In this document: positions 20,842-30,917 of the stretch, piece by piece
Layout: each line of letters opens with the position of its first letter
Numbering within the stretch: the first letter of the stretch is position 1
From: an uncultured Gemmatimonadales bacterium
Lineage (GTDB): Bacteria; Gemmatimonadota; Gemmatimonadetes; Gemmatimonadales; Gemmatimonadaceae
Direction: 5' to 3'
Assembly (NCBI GenBank): GCA_963701965.1
Contig: OY969695.1
Span: 2,496,001-2,560,000, forward strand
Length of the DNA: 64,000 bases
Notes under the pieces: generated by a model
What the model saw: only the letters and a program-made list of their open reading frames with translations
What the model was told of the DNA's origin: nothing
Database searches by the model: none
Translations under genes and position numbers: made by a program

Positions 20842-21051
20842 ATGCGGAAGCCACGCCCGAATACATACAATCCAGCCCAGGCGCTGCACCTTATTGCCAG
20901 CGACCGGAACGGTTCCCCCCTGTCCTGTCCTTCTTGCTCCGGGCCGATCGAACGCGATCCGATGCGGGTGCCGCCTCCTCCCAAATCTCACGTGACGTTG
21001 AAGTGCACCCGGTGCGGGCGCTTCGCCCGCTACATCGCCGGAGCTGCCTAG
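20842..21051 (+). CDS. Small zinc-ribbon protein
   Basis: GAGGAGG RBS. CPSC...CTRC. Confidence 0.7.
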   Translation: MRKPRPNTYNPAQALHLIASDRNGSPLSCPSCSGPIERDPMRVPPPPKSHVTLKCTRCGRFARYIAGAA

Positions 21052-21180
21052 CGCCCAGCGCGCTCGACAATTCCCTGCCTTGTCGGCAGGCAAGCTTCTT
21101 GCCCTACTAAAACGTCTCGGTCACGAGACAAACGTACGTGTAACAGTCAGCCCCGGTAGGGGAAGAAGAGGAAGCGTTTC

Positions 21181-21387
21181 ATGGCACGTCTCAACGGCAC
21201 AGTGAAGTGGTTCAACGATGCGAAAGGGTTCGGGTTCATCTCCCGCGAAGGAGGCCCGGATGTTTTCGTCCACTTCAGCGCGATCCAAGGCAACGGCTTC
21301 AAGTCCTTGTCCGAAGGCGACCGCGTGGAGTTCGAGATCGTACAAGGACAAAAGGGTCCGCAGGCCGCAGACGTCAACAAAGTCTGA
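21181..21387 (+). CDS. Cold-shock protein (CspA family)
   Basis: [30 protein letters not shown]. Confidence 0.97.
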   Translation: MARLNGTVKWFNDAKGFGFISREGGPDVFVHFSAIQGNGFKSLSEGDRVEFEIVQGQKGPQAADVNKV

Positions 21388-21412
21388 CTAGACGCGCTCG
21401 CGCACTCCCCTG

Positions 21413-21448
21413 ACCGCGCCCCGGCCGCCGGCCGGGGCGTGGTTGTTT
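21413..21448 (+). terminator. Intrinsic terminator
   Basis: ACCGCGCCCCGGCC/GGCCGGGGCGTGGT hairpin plus TGTTT. Confidence 0.7.
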
Positions 21449-21512
21449 GGGAGCCGGGCGGTTGGGCTGGAGCCAATGTGACGCCCCGCTTGGGGTGGTC
21501 GTCAACTTCCAG

Positions 21513-22082
21513 ATGCAGTCTATCTGTGCGGCTCTTCTGGCCTGTTCGATGGCGCTCGCTCTCCCCGCGAGCGCGCAGACACCCCGCACGCCGGCGAGGC
21601 TGATCGCCGTGCGCGGTCCGATCGACGGCCGTGTGTTGGTCACCACCGCCAAGCACTATATCGGCGTGCCCTACGTCCTCGGTGGGACGACGCCGCGCGC
21701 CTTCGACTGCTCCGGGTTCGTGCGCTATGTCTTCGCCCAGCACGGGATCGCGCTGCCGCGCACGGCACACGAGCAGGCCGCGCTCGGCGAAGCGCCAGCT
21801 CCGGGCGACACCCTGGAAGCCGGCGACTTGCTGTTTTTCTACGGTGGCCACGGCGCCCAGCACATCGCGATGTACGTGGGAGCCGATACGATCATCCATG
21901 CCTCGAGCACCGGACACCACGTGCGCCTGGACATGCTGACCCGTTCTGGCCACCGCCGCACGTGGTTCAACCAACGCTTGATCGCCGTCCGCCGTCTCCT
22001 TCCCATGGAGGGACTGACCTGGGTCCCGACGTCGGCGCCGCCATCGTATTCTTTCACCCCGGCCGCAAACCCCGAATGGTGA
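21513..22082 (+). CDS. NlpC/P60 (C40) secreted cell-wall peptidase
   Basis: Signal peptide, GVPYVLGG, FDCSGFV, GDLLFF, HIAMYVG, IIHAS. Confidence 0.93.
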   Translation: MQSICAALLACSMALALPASAQTPRTPARLIAVRGPIDGRVLVTTAKHYIGVPYVLGGTTPRAFDCSGFVRYVFAQHGIALPRTAHEQAALGEAPAPGDTLEAGDLLFFYGGHGAQHIAMYVGADTIIHASSTGHHVRLDMLTRSGHRRTWFNQRLIAVRRLLPMEGLTWVPTSAPPSYSFTPAANPEW

Positions 22083-22372
22083 TCTTCACGCCGAACGGCA
22101 CTCCCGACGCCGAGCCCCTCTACACCCGCACCCTCCCGGGCGGCGGTTACGTAGTCATTGAGGCCAGCCGGCATGACTCGGAATACCGCCTGAGTCTCTT
22201 CGTCGAACGCCGCGTCGACCCGCAACGCCGCGTCGGCCACAGCGCCCCGGTCGTCGCCGAGATCGCGGGCGCCGATCCGGCCGCCGCGGCCGAAGAGCTG
22301 ATGCGCATCGCCGCCGACAACGTCGAGGTGGCCCAGGCCCTCCGCCGCTGGCAGGCCTCCCGGGCCGACTGA
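22076..22372 (+). CDS. Hypothetical protein
   Basis: Overlaps the NlpC/P60 stop. Good GC3 bias. Confidence 0.65.
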   Translation: MVIFTPNGTPDAEPLYTRTLPGGGYVVIEASRHDSEYRLSLFVERRVDPQRRVGHSAPVVAEIAGADPAAAAEELMRIAADNVEVAQALRRWQASRAD

Positions 22373-22418
22373 TGGCGCGGATGATAGATTAGGGCGTCTA
22401 TCATCCCGCGGGGGACGT

Positions 22419-22640
22419 GTGGCGGACGAGCAACCGGTGCGCTTGGTGTTGACGGCGGAACAGCGCGAGCTCCTTCAACGGCTGTCGGGCCAGAACATCG
22501 ACGCCATTGAGCTCACGCCCGACGACGGGACAAAGGAGTCGGGCCACCTGAAGCTGTTGTGGCGCCTCTCCGAGTCCAGCGGCATCCCGCGCCAGGGGTG
22601 GCACCTGGGCGACGCGGCTCCCCCGACGAAGGGGACCTAG
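22419..22640 (+). CDS. Small hypothetical protein upstream of the Ser/Thr kinase
   Basis: GGGGGA RBS, GTG start, 73 aa. Confidence 0.6.
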   Translation: MADEQPVRLVLTAEQRELLQRLSGQNIDAIELTPDDGTKESGHLKLLWRLSESSGIPRQGWHLGDAAPPTKGT

Positions 22641-22648
22641 CACTCGCC

Positions 22649-23527
22649 GTGACGTTGGACGCGACGCCGGCCGACGCGACGCCGGCGGATCTCAGCGGTC
22701 AGCTGCTCGACGACCGCTACCAGATGCTGAAGCGGATCGGCCAGGGCGGGATGTGCGTCGTCTATCTGGCCCACGACACGCGGTTGGGCGACCTGGTAGC
22801 GGTCAAGATCCTCTTGCCCGCGCTGATCAACGACCCGATCTCAATGGCGCGGTTGCGCCGCGAAGCCGCGCTCGGCGCCCAGCTCGCGCATCCGAACGTC
22901 TGCCACATCATCCGCCTGGGCGAGACGACGGCCGGCTTTGACTACATCGTCATGCCCTTCGTCGAGGGCGAGCTGCTGTGCGTGCGCATCGCCCGGCAGG
23001 GGCAACTCTCCTTGCCAGTGACCGCTGGCTTCGTGCGCGATGCCAGCGCCGGACTCAACGTGGCGCATGAGCTCGGCATCCTCCACCGGGACCTCAAGCC
23101 CGAGAACATCATGATCGTTACGCGCCCCGATGGGTCGGAGCACGCGGTGGTCATCGATTTCAGCCTGGCCAACGGCCCCCAGGTGCCAGCGCTCACCATG
23201 CCGGGCAAGGTCGTGGGCACGCCGGAGTTCATGAGCCCTGAGCAGCTACGGGGGGCGCCCCTCGACGCCCGCTCGGACATCTATTCGCTGGCGTGCACGA
23301 CGTACGAGATGCTCACCGGCCAGCTGCCGTTTGAGGGGCAGAACCAGCACGCGGTCATGGTCGCTCGCCTCAAGGGCCTGACGACCCCGCTCCGCGTGAA
23401 GCGCCCGGATCTCGACCTTCCCAAAAAGGTGGACAAGGTGCTGCAGCAGGCGCTGTCTCTCGACCCCGACGCTCGCTACCCGACCACTCTCGCTTTCAGC
23501 GAGGCGTTCTCACGGGCGGCTCGATAG
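22649..23527 (+). CDS. Hanks-type Ser/Thr protein kinase, catalytic domain only
   Basis: GQGGM, AVKIL, HRDLKPEN, DFS (in place of DFG), GTPEFMSPE, SDIYSL. Confidence 0.9.
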   Translation: MTLDATPADATPADLSGQLLDDRYQMLKRIGQGGMCVVYLAHDTRLGDLVAVKILLPALINDPISMARLRREAALGAQLAHPNVCHIIRLGETTAGFDYIVMPFVEGELLCVRIARQGQLSLPVTAGFVRDASAGLNVAHELGILHRDLKPENIMIVTRPDGSEHAVVIDFSLANGPQVPALTMPGKVVGTPEFMSPEQLRGAPLDARSDIYSLACTTYEMLTGQLPFEGQNQHAVMVARLKGLTTPLRVKRPDLDLPKKVDKVLQQALSLDPDARYPTTLAFSEAFSRAAR

Positions 23528-25286
23528 CCCCGCGCCAAACGGGGCGACGGGCGGAATCGAGATGGGCAGCCGCCCCGTGACCGGGGCCAGCCCGAGGATG
23601 CCGCGGGCGGCGGCCTCCTGCGAGACCGGAAACCCGCCCCAGGCGACTACGTAGGTCGGCACCCCCGGCACCTGCTGCAGGAAGTACGGATTCCCCAGCG
23701 CCACCACGACCGGCCGGCGGCCGCGCGCCACGAGCTGATCGATGAACCCCACGACCGAGCCCGGCGCCTCGATGGTCGTCACGTCCCAACTCTGCGCGAC
23801 GTAGGAGCCGACGATCGTCACGTCGGCCGAGTCGGCTGACCTGAGCAAGTCGGCGAAGAGATCGCCTGGCTGGTCGGAATCGACGTAGGCCGTGTGCAGC
23901 GCCGGGAACGCCTGCCGCAGGATCGCGTTGAACGCCGTCCCGGCGCCGAGATCGGCGCGGTGGGCGATCGTGATCGACAGCACGCGCGCGCCGCGGTTCA
24001 AGCGGCCGAGAGGAAGCTCGTGCAGCGAATCCTTCACGGTGGTGATCGACCGCTCCGCCACGGTGCGGGCCAGCGCCTGACCGGCGGAGTCGCCGACGAT
24101 CAGGGAGACGCTGTCCAGCGAAACGGTCCGAGTCCGGACCAGTCCAAGCTGGTGCTTCATAGCCAGGAGCTTCCGCACCGCGTCGTCGAGCCGCGACGCC
24201 GGGTAACGGCCTTCCTGCACACCGGCCACGATGGCATCGATCGCCTGGGCGACGTCGACGGGCTGGATCAGCACATCCGCGCCTGCCGCGACGGCGCGTT
24301 TGACCGACTCCACCGCGCCGTACTGCACAAGGACACCCTGCATGTCCATGGCGTCGGAGAACACGACGCCGTTGAACCCCAGCTTCTCGCGCAGCAGTCC
24401 GGTGAGCACGGGCCGCGACAGCGTCCCTGGCGCGCCGCTCGAATCGAGGGCCGGCATCGACCCGTGAAAGGACATGATGGCGCCCACGCCGGCGGCGATC
24501 GCGGCCCGGAAGGGCACCAACTCCACCGTGTCGAGCCGCGCCCGGCTCACGGACACCACCGGGAGTCCGAGGTGGGAGTTCGTCTCCGTGTCCCCGTGCC
24601 CTGGGAAATGCTTGCCCGTCGCGATCATCCCGTGGTCCTGCAGCCCGCGGATGAAGGCGCGCCCGAACGCGGCGTCGAGCGCCGGCGACTCCCCGTAGGA
24701 CCGGGTGTTGATGACCGGATTCGCGGCGTTGTTGTTGACGTCGAGCACCGGGGCGTAGTCGATCTGGATGCCGAGGGCGCGGCCTTCCAGGGCCGTTACC
24801 CGGGCCTCCTCGTACGCCAGCATCGTGTCCCGCGTCGCGCCGAACGCCATCTCCCGGCGGAAAAGTCACGGCGCCGCCCAGGTCGATGGCGTTGGGCAGG
24901 AAGTACCCGCCCCGCGCCCGCTGGCCCGCGCCGAACTCGAGGTCGGCGCCCACCAGGAGCGGCAATGCCGCGGCGCGTTGCAAGGCATTGAGCTTGGCGG
25001 CGATCTCGATCGGCGATCCCACCGACACCGTCACGCCGCCGACGCCCTCGTCGGTCACGTAGTGGGTCAACGCCCGCCACTGGGGCGAGTCGCGACTCAC
25101 GAAGTCGCCCTTGAGCGACGGCCAGATCATCTGCGCGGCCTTTTGCCGCACGCTCATAGTGCGCAGGACCGAATCGGCCCAGACGTGGGCCGCGTCCCGC
25201 GAGGGCGCTGTCATTTTTGGCGCCGCCGGCTGCGCCGTCGCGCAACCAGCCGCCAGAATTCCGGCCAGCGCGACCCGCGCTACCAG
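23510..25286 (-). CDS. GH3 beta-N-acetylhexosaminidase lipoprotein (NagZ-like); probable 1-nt indel near 24853
   Basis: Lipobox LAAGC and ADLEFG in one frame. APVLDV, KHFPGHGDT..NSH and SDAMDM in the next frame. Start approximate. Confidence 0.85.
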
Positions 25287-25558
25287 TTGATAGTCCCTTG
25301 CTTGGTCGTGTCGACGTCTTCCTGATGGCCGCTCTTGAACAGGAACGCGTCGAGATTGCGGGTCAAAAACGCCCGCGCCTGGGGGTCCATCACGTTCAAC
25401 CCGTAGTGGTTGATCAGCATGGTCTGTTGCTTGAGCCATAGCCCCCAGCACTCGCGGCAGATCTCGGCCACGATCCGTTGTCCCATGGCGCCAGGAAACG
25501 GCGCGCGCTCGAATCCGTCGCGAGTCTGCCCGCAACGGCTGCACTTCACATCAGCCAT
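25280..25558 (-). CDS. Fe(II)-trafficking / oxidative-damage protection protein (YggX family)
   Basis: PFPGAMGQRI...CW..WL..QTMLINHYGLN. Confidence 0.85.
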   Translation of the reverse strand: MADVKCSRCGQTRDGFERAPFPGAMGQRIVAEICRECWGLWLKQQTMLINHYGLNVMDPQARAFLTRNLDAFLFKSGHQEDVDTTKQGTINW

Positions 25559-25569
25559 GGGACCACCCG

Positions 25570-26325
25570 TCAGGACGTCGCGCGCGCGTACTGGACTTTG
25601 GCCAATCGCACGAGCTCCAGGGTCCGGATATACATCCACCCGATGTCGAACTCGTACCACTTGGCTTTGAACTTGGCGGAGTGGGGATCGGAGTGGTGGT
25701 TGTTGTGCAGCTCTTCGCCGCCCAGCCAGATCGCGACCGGGAGGATGTTCCGGCTCTCATCCTTGACGTTGAAGTTCCGGTAGCCGATCGCGTGGCCGAC
25801 GCCGTTGATGACGCCCGCGGCCCAGAACGGAATCCAGATCATTTGGACGCCCCAGACGATGGCGCCCACCATGAGGCCGAACAGATAGAGGTCGATCCCC
25901 AGCAGGAGGATGATGCCGAGGGTGTTGCGGCGGGTCAGGAGATGCCGCTCCAGCCAGTCGTTCGGGGTCCCTTTGCCGTACTTCTCGAGCACGCCCGGCA
26001 TGGTCACCGTCTGCCGGTAGTAGAAGGCGCCCTTGATCATGATGTTCCGCAGCCCCTCCAGCAACGGGCTGTGCGGATCACCCTCGCGGTCGGCGAACGC
26101 GTGGTGCTTCCGGTGGACCGCCACCCACTCTTTGGTGACGATCGACGTCGTCAACCAGAGCCACATCCGCATTGGGACCGAAGCGATGGCGTGAAAGCTC
26201 ACACTGCGGTGGGTCTGTGACCGATGTAGAAACAGCGTCACGCACACGTTGGTGATGTGGCCGGCGACCACCACGAAGACGATCGGGATCCACCAGTGCG
26301 ATGACAGGATGGCGTAGAACGGCAT
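25570..26325 (-). CDS. Membrane fatty-acid (acyl-CoA delta-9-type) desaturase
   Basis: His boxes HRSQTH, HRKHH and GEELHNNHH. Confidence 0.93.
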   Translation of the reverse strand: MPFYAILSSHWWIPIVFVVVAGHITNVCVTLFLHRSQTHRSVSFHAIASVPMRMWLWLTTSIVTKEWVAVHRKHHAFADREGDPHSPLLEGLRNIMIKGAFYYRQTVTMPGVLEKYGKGTPNDWLERHLLTRRNTLGIILLLGIDLYLFGLMVGAIVWGVQMIWIPFWAAGVINGVGHAIGYRNFNVKDESRNILPVAIWLGGEELHNNHHSDPHSAKFKAKWYEFDIGWMYIRTLELVRLAKVQYARATS

Positions 26326-26470
26326 GACTCTCCTAGGCAAGTATCAACTGATCCAATGTACCGTTCTCCCCGGCGCGTGGGTAGTTATTGTCCCACAGGG
26401 GCTTAACCAGGGACGCTCGGCTCGCTTCGAGCGCCACGCCCGCGCAAGCGCCGCGATTAAACTTGGGTCC

Positions 26471-27487
26471 GTGACCGACGCGCTCCCGCCCCACCACCGC
26501 CCCGGCGGCGGCTTCCAGAACCCGTGGGGACCCGGCAGCCAGCAGGGACGCATCGGCGCGTTTCTCAAATGGGTCCTGCTCGACCGTCCGCGCGACCAGA
26601 CCCGGGGCACCGATCGGCGCGCGGCGTTCGCGGCCACCCACCCGCCGACAACGCCCGCCATCGCGCATCCGCGCGCCGACGCGGGCGCGCTGACGCTCAC
26701 GTGGATCGGACACTCGAGCTTTCTCGTCCAAATCGGCGCCCAGAACATCCTGCTGGACCCGATGTGGAGCGACCGGGCATCGCCCGTCGGATGGGCCGGA
26801 CCGCGCCGCTGGCGGCCACCCGGCCTGCGTTTGGATGCGCTGCCGCCGGTCGATGCGATCGTGCAGTCGCACGACCACTACGACCACTTGGACGCGCCGA
26901 CGGTCCGCCAACTCGTGCGCCGCCACCCGGCAGCCGTCTGGGTCGCACCGCTCGGCGTCGCGTCATGGCTGCGCCGCCGCGGCGCCGCCGACGTGCGCGA
27001 GCTGGACTGGTGGGCAAAAACGACCGTCGGGCCACTGACCATTAACGCGACGCCGGCCCAGCACTTCTCGGGACGGCGTCCCGACAACCGGAACAGCACC
27101 CTGTGGTCCGGGTGGTCGATCCGCGGCGGCGGCCGATCCGTGTTCTTCGTTGGCGACACAGGGTTCCACCCGGTGTTTCCCGAGATCGGACAGCGCCTTG
27201 GTCCCTTCGACGCCGTGCTCATGCCGATCGGTGCCTACGACCCGGCGTGGTTCATGGGTCCGGTGCACATCAACCCGGAGCACGCGGTCCAGGCTTTTGT
27301 CTCCCTGGCCAGTGGTGGCGCGGTCATGGGAGCGATGCACTGGGGGACGTTCAAGCTCACCGACGAGCCAATGGACGAACCCCCGGTCCGCGCGCGCGCG
27401 GCCTGGCAACGCGCGGGACTCGACCCGGGAAAGCTCTGGATCCCATCGCCCGGCGAGACGAAACGCTGGCCGTTATCCACGCACTGA
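26471..27487 (+). CDS. MBL-fold hydrolase (NAPE-PLD/RomA-like)
   Basis: FQNPW, WIGHSS, SHDHYDHLD, PAQHFSGR, GDTG, PIGAY, MHWGTF. Confidence 0.9.
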   Translation: MTDALPPHHRPGGGFQNPWGPGSQQGRIGAFLKWVLLDRPRDQTRGTDRRAAFAATHPPTTPAIAHPRADAGALTLTWIGHSSFLVQIGAQNILLDPMWSDRASPVGWAGPRRWRPPGLRLDALPPVDAIVQSHDHYDHLDAPTVRQLVRRHPAAVWVAPLGVASWLRRRGAADVRELDWWAKTTVGPLTINATPAQHFSGRRPDNRNSTLWSGWSIRGGGRSVFFVGDTGFHPVFPEIGQRLGPFDAVLMPIGAYDPAWFMGPVHINPEHAVQAFVSLASGGAVMGAMHWGTFKLTDEPMDEPPVRARAAWQRAGLDPGKLWIPSPGETKRWPLSTH

Positions 27488-27548
27488 GCTACCGTAGAGG
27501 GAGATCAGCAGGCGCACTCACCCTCACTGTCTTATCGGAGTCAGCGCC

Positions 27549-28085
27549 ATGGCCAGTTCGAAACGCACCCGTCGCACCAGCAAGTCGCACCGCAAGCCAT
27601 CGCGCGCCAAGGCGGCCAAGCGCACGGTGACGCGCGCGTCGTCCGCGCGCAAATCGACACGCAGCGCATCGAAGCGCAGCGCGCCGAAGCGCAAGAAGGC
27701 CGCCGTCCGGAGAGCCGCCGCCAAGACCGCTCCCAAAGCCGCCGTGAAGGCGAAGACGGCGAAAGCGGCGAAGCCAGTCGCTGTCGCGAAGCCCATGCTC
27801 GCGAAGCCCGCGGTCGCGAAGTCTGCGGTCGCGAAGCCTGTGGTCGCGAAGCCCGCAGCGGCGAAGCCGATGATGGCCAAGCCCGCCGAAACGGCCAGCA
27901 CGCCGGGCGGTGGCAAGGTGCCGAACATTGCGGCGAAGCCCGTGCCGCCCGCACCAGCCCCAGTGGAAGCCGCCGCACCGCGCCGGGTGAGTCGCGCCGA
28001 CCGGACCGCGGCACCGGCCGCCACGCCGGTACCAGCCGCGCCAGCGGCCGCGCCCACGACACCGCCCAATACGACCCGGGCGTAG
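27549..28085 (+). CDS. Histone H1-like basic Lys/Arg/Ala/Pro-rich protein
   Basis: GGAG RBS. Very basic N-terminus and 15-bp AKPxx repeats. Confidence 0.7.
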   Translation: MASSKRTRRTSKSHRKPSRAKAAKRTVTRASSARKSTRSASKRSAPKRKKAAVRRAAAKTAPKAAVKAKTAKAAKPVAVAKPMLAKPAVAKSAVAKPVVAKPAAAKPMMAKPAETASTPGGGKVPNIAAKPVPPAPAPVEAAAPRRVSRADRTAAPAATPVPAAPAAAPTTPPNTTRA

Positions 28086-28097
28086 TCGGGGACAGCG

Positions 28098-29477
28098 CTA
28101 GACGTTCTTGACCTCGCTCACGAGCTTCGTGAGCGAGGCCTTGGCGTCCCCAAAGAGCATGCTCGTCTTGGCATTGTAGAACAATTCGTTCTCGATACCG
28201 GCGAATCCGGGACTCATCCCGCGCTTCATGACGATCACGCTCCGCGCGCGATCCACGTTCAGGATCGGCATACCGTAGATCGGGCTCGCCGGATCGTTCC
28301 GCGCGGCGGGATTGACGACATCGTTGGCCCCGATCACCAGCGCGATGTCCGCCAACTCGAACTCGCCATTGATGTCTTCCATGTCGTACAGCCGGTCGTA
28401 CGGCACGTTGGCCTCGGCCAACAACACGTTCATGTGCCCGGGCATGCGGCCGGCCACAGGGTGAATGGCGTACTTGACGTCGCCGCCCCGCTTCTCGATG
28501 AGATCCGCCAACTCGCGCACGATGTGCTGGGACTGGGCCACGGCCATGCCGTAGCCCGGCACGATGATCACGCGCGACGCATACGCCAGCCGCAACGCCG
28601 CATCCTCGGCTGTCACGGGGCGCACCACCAACCCGACCGCGCTCTTGGTCGCGCTGGCCGCCACGGGACTCCCGAACGCCCCGAAGAGCACGTTGGCGAA
28701 CGACCGGTTCATCGCCTTGCTCATGAGGATCGAGAGCAGGAACCCGGACGCGCCGTCCAACGCGCCGGCGATGATGAGCACGTTGTTGCCGATCGCGAAC
28801 CCGGTGGCCGCGGACGCGAGGCCGGCGTACGAGTTGAGCAGCGACACGACCACGGGCATGTCGGCGCCGCCAATCGGCAGCACCATCGACACGCCGATCA
28901 CCAAGCCCAGTGCGATCATGCCGTAGAAAAACATCGTTTGATCGGGCCGGGCGATCAGATACAGGAAGATCAGGAACGTGGCCGCGAACAACGAAAGGTT
29001 GACCGCGTTCTGGCCTTTGAACGTGATCGGCCGTCCCGGCACCAGCTCCTGCAGCTTGGCGAACGCCATGAAGCTGCCGGTGATCGTGAGGGACCCGAAC
29101 ATCACCTCGAAGCCGAGCGCGGTCATCCGCGCGTGCTCCAACACGCCGCCGGTGTTGTAGTACTCGGCCACCCCGACGAGCGTCGCCGCGATGGCGCCGA
29201 ACATGTGCGAGATCGCGATCCGCTGGGGCATCGCGGTCATCGGGACGAACATGCCCAGGGGATAGCCGACCACGGTCCCCACCGCGAGACCGGCCACGAT
29301 CCACTGGTACTCGACGATCTCGTGCTTGACGAGGGTCCCCGCGATCGCCAACACCATCCCGATGGCGGCCTGCTGCATCCCGCGCCGCGCGAACTCGGGC
29401 CGCGTGAGACTGCGCAGCCCGAGGATGAACATCACCGAAGCGGCGAGATACGAGCCTTCTGTGAAGAGGTCGCGCAT
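28098..29477 (-). CDS. pntB: NAD(P) transhydrogenase beta subunit
   Basis: MTAMPQ, IGGADMPVVVSLLNSY, VPGYGMAVAQ, HPVAGRMPGHMNVLLAEA. Confidence 0.97.
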   Translation of the reverse strand: MRDLFTEGSYLAASVMFILGLRSLTRPEFARRGMQQAAIGMVLAIAGTLVKHEIVEYQWIVAGLAVGTVVGYPLGMFVPMTAMPQRIAISHMFGAIAATLVGVAEYYNTGGVLEHARMTALGFEVMFGSLTITGSFMAFAKLQELVPGRPITFKGQNAVNLSLFAATFLIFLYLIARPDQTMFFYGMIALGLVIGVSMVLPIGGADMPVVVSLLNSYAGLASAATGFAIGNNVLIIAGALDGASGFLLSILMSKAMNRSFANVLFGAFGSPVAASATKSAVGLVVRPVTAEDAALRLAYASRVIIVPGYGMAVAQSQHIVRELADLIEKRGGDVKYAIHPVAGRMPGHMNVLLAEANVPYDRLYDMEDINGEFELADIALVIGANDVVNPAARNDPASPIYGMPILNVDRARSVIVMKRGMSPGFAGIENELFYNAKTSMLFGDAKASLTKLVSEVKNV

Positions 29478-29481
29478 CAGG

Positions 29482-29799
29482 CTAGGACTGCTTCCCGTCG
29501 CCTTTCGGCGACCCGCCCGGCTGGCGCTTGAACATCTTGAGCATCCGATCGGTGATCAAGAAGCCGCCGACGACGTTGGTCATGGCGCTGGCGACGGCAA
29601 TGAAACCAAGGATCGTGCTGACGCGGGTCTCGTGTGAGCCGGCGGCGACCAGCGAGCCGACCAGCGAAATGCCGGAGATCGCGTTCGTCGCCGACATGAG
29701 CGGCGTGTGCAGCAGCGGAGGCACGCGCGTGATGACCTGGTACCCGACAAAGGCGGCGAGCACGAAAACGTACAGCTCGGTGGCCGACGTGACCGTCAT
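29482..29799 (-). CDS. pntA: NAD(P) transhydrogenase alpha subunit part 2
   Basis: VPPLLHTPLMSATNAISG, NVVGGFLITDRMLKMF. Confidence 0.95.
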   Translation of the reverse strand: MTVTSATELYVFVLAAFVGYQVITRVPPLLHTPLMSATNAISGISLVGSLVAAGSHETRVSTILGFIAVASAMTNVVGGFLITDRMLKMFKRQPGGSPKGDGKQS

Positions 29800-30907
29800 G
29801 GCTTCCCTCCGTTGTGCACGATCACCATGGCCCGCGTGATCTCGTCCTCGAGTTGCACCGGCAGCGCGCCGTCGGTCCCCAACTGCATCAATGCTCGATC
29901 AAGGCGACGACGTTCCGGCTGAACATCTGGCTGGCGTGGAGCGGCACGGTGGCCGCGATGTTCACGGGCCCTACGACGCGGACGCCATTGACGTCAATGG
30001 TCTCGCCGGCCCGCGTCACTTCGCAGTTGCCGCCGCTCTCGGCGGCCAGATCGACCACGACGGAGCCGGGGCGCATGCTCTCCACCATGCTCCGGGTGAT
30101 GAGCCGGGGCGCGGCCCGCCCCGGGACTTGCGCGGTCGTGATCACGACGTCGACCGTCGGCACGTGCGCGGCGAGCGCGGCGAGCGTGCGCTGTTGCTCG
30201 TCGTCGGTCTGGGCCCGGGCGTATCCGCCGGCCGCTTCCGCGGACTGGGTCACGGTTTCGGCGGCGATGAAGGTCGCGCCGAGACTCAGCACCTGCTCTC
30301 GCGCGGCAGGGCGGACGTCGAACGCGCTGACCACGGCGCCGAGGCGCCGCGCGGTGGCGATCGCCTGCAAGCCGGCGACGCCGGCGCCGATGACGAACAC
30401 GCGCGAGGGCACGAGGGTGCCGGCGGCGGTCGTCAGCATGGGGAAGAGCTTCCCCAGCTCGCCGGCGGCGAGCAACACGGCTTTGTAGCCGGCCACGGTC
30501 GCCTGCGACGAGAGCACGTCCATGGACTGGGCGCGCGTGATACGCGGCACCCGCTCCAGCGCGAGGGCCGTCACGCCGCGGCCGGCGAGGCGCGTCGGCA
30601 ATGCCTCGGCGTCGGGGCCGGTGCCCTGGAGACTGATCAACACCGCGCCGGCCGGCATCGCGTCGATCTCGGCCACGCTCGGCCGCTGGATCTTGACCAA
30701 AACCTGGGCGTCCCGAAACCCGTCGGCGATGAGCGCCGCGCCCGCGGCCGCATACGCGTCATCGGCGAACGACGCGGGCAGACCGGCGCCGCGCTCGACG
30801 CGGACGTGGGCCCCGGCTTTCACCAACATCCGCACGCCGTCGGGCACCACCGCGACCCGACGCTCGCCCGGCGCCGTCTCCCGCGGGATGGTCACGTCGA
30901 TCGGCAT
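29796..30907 (-). CDS. pntA: NAD(P) transhydrogenase alpha subunit part 1; probable 1-nt deletion near 29890
   Basis: GERRVA, PRITRAQSMDVLSSQ, GAGVAGL, DLAAESGGNC. The C-terminal ..LEDEITRAMVIVHNG lies in the adjacent frame and ends with an ATGA overlap. Confidence 0.92.
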
Positions 30908-30917
30908 GGTTCTGATG

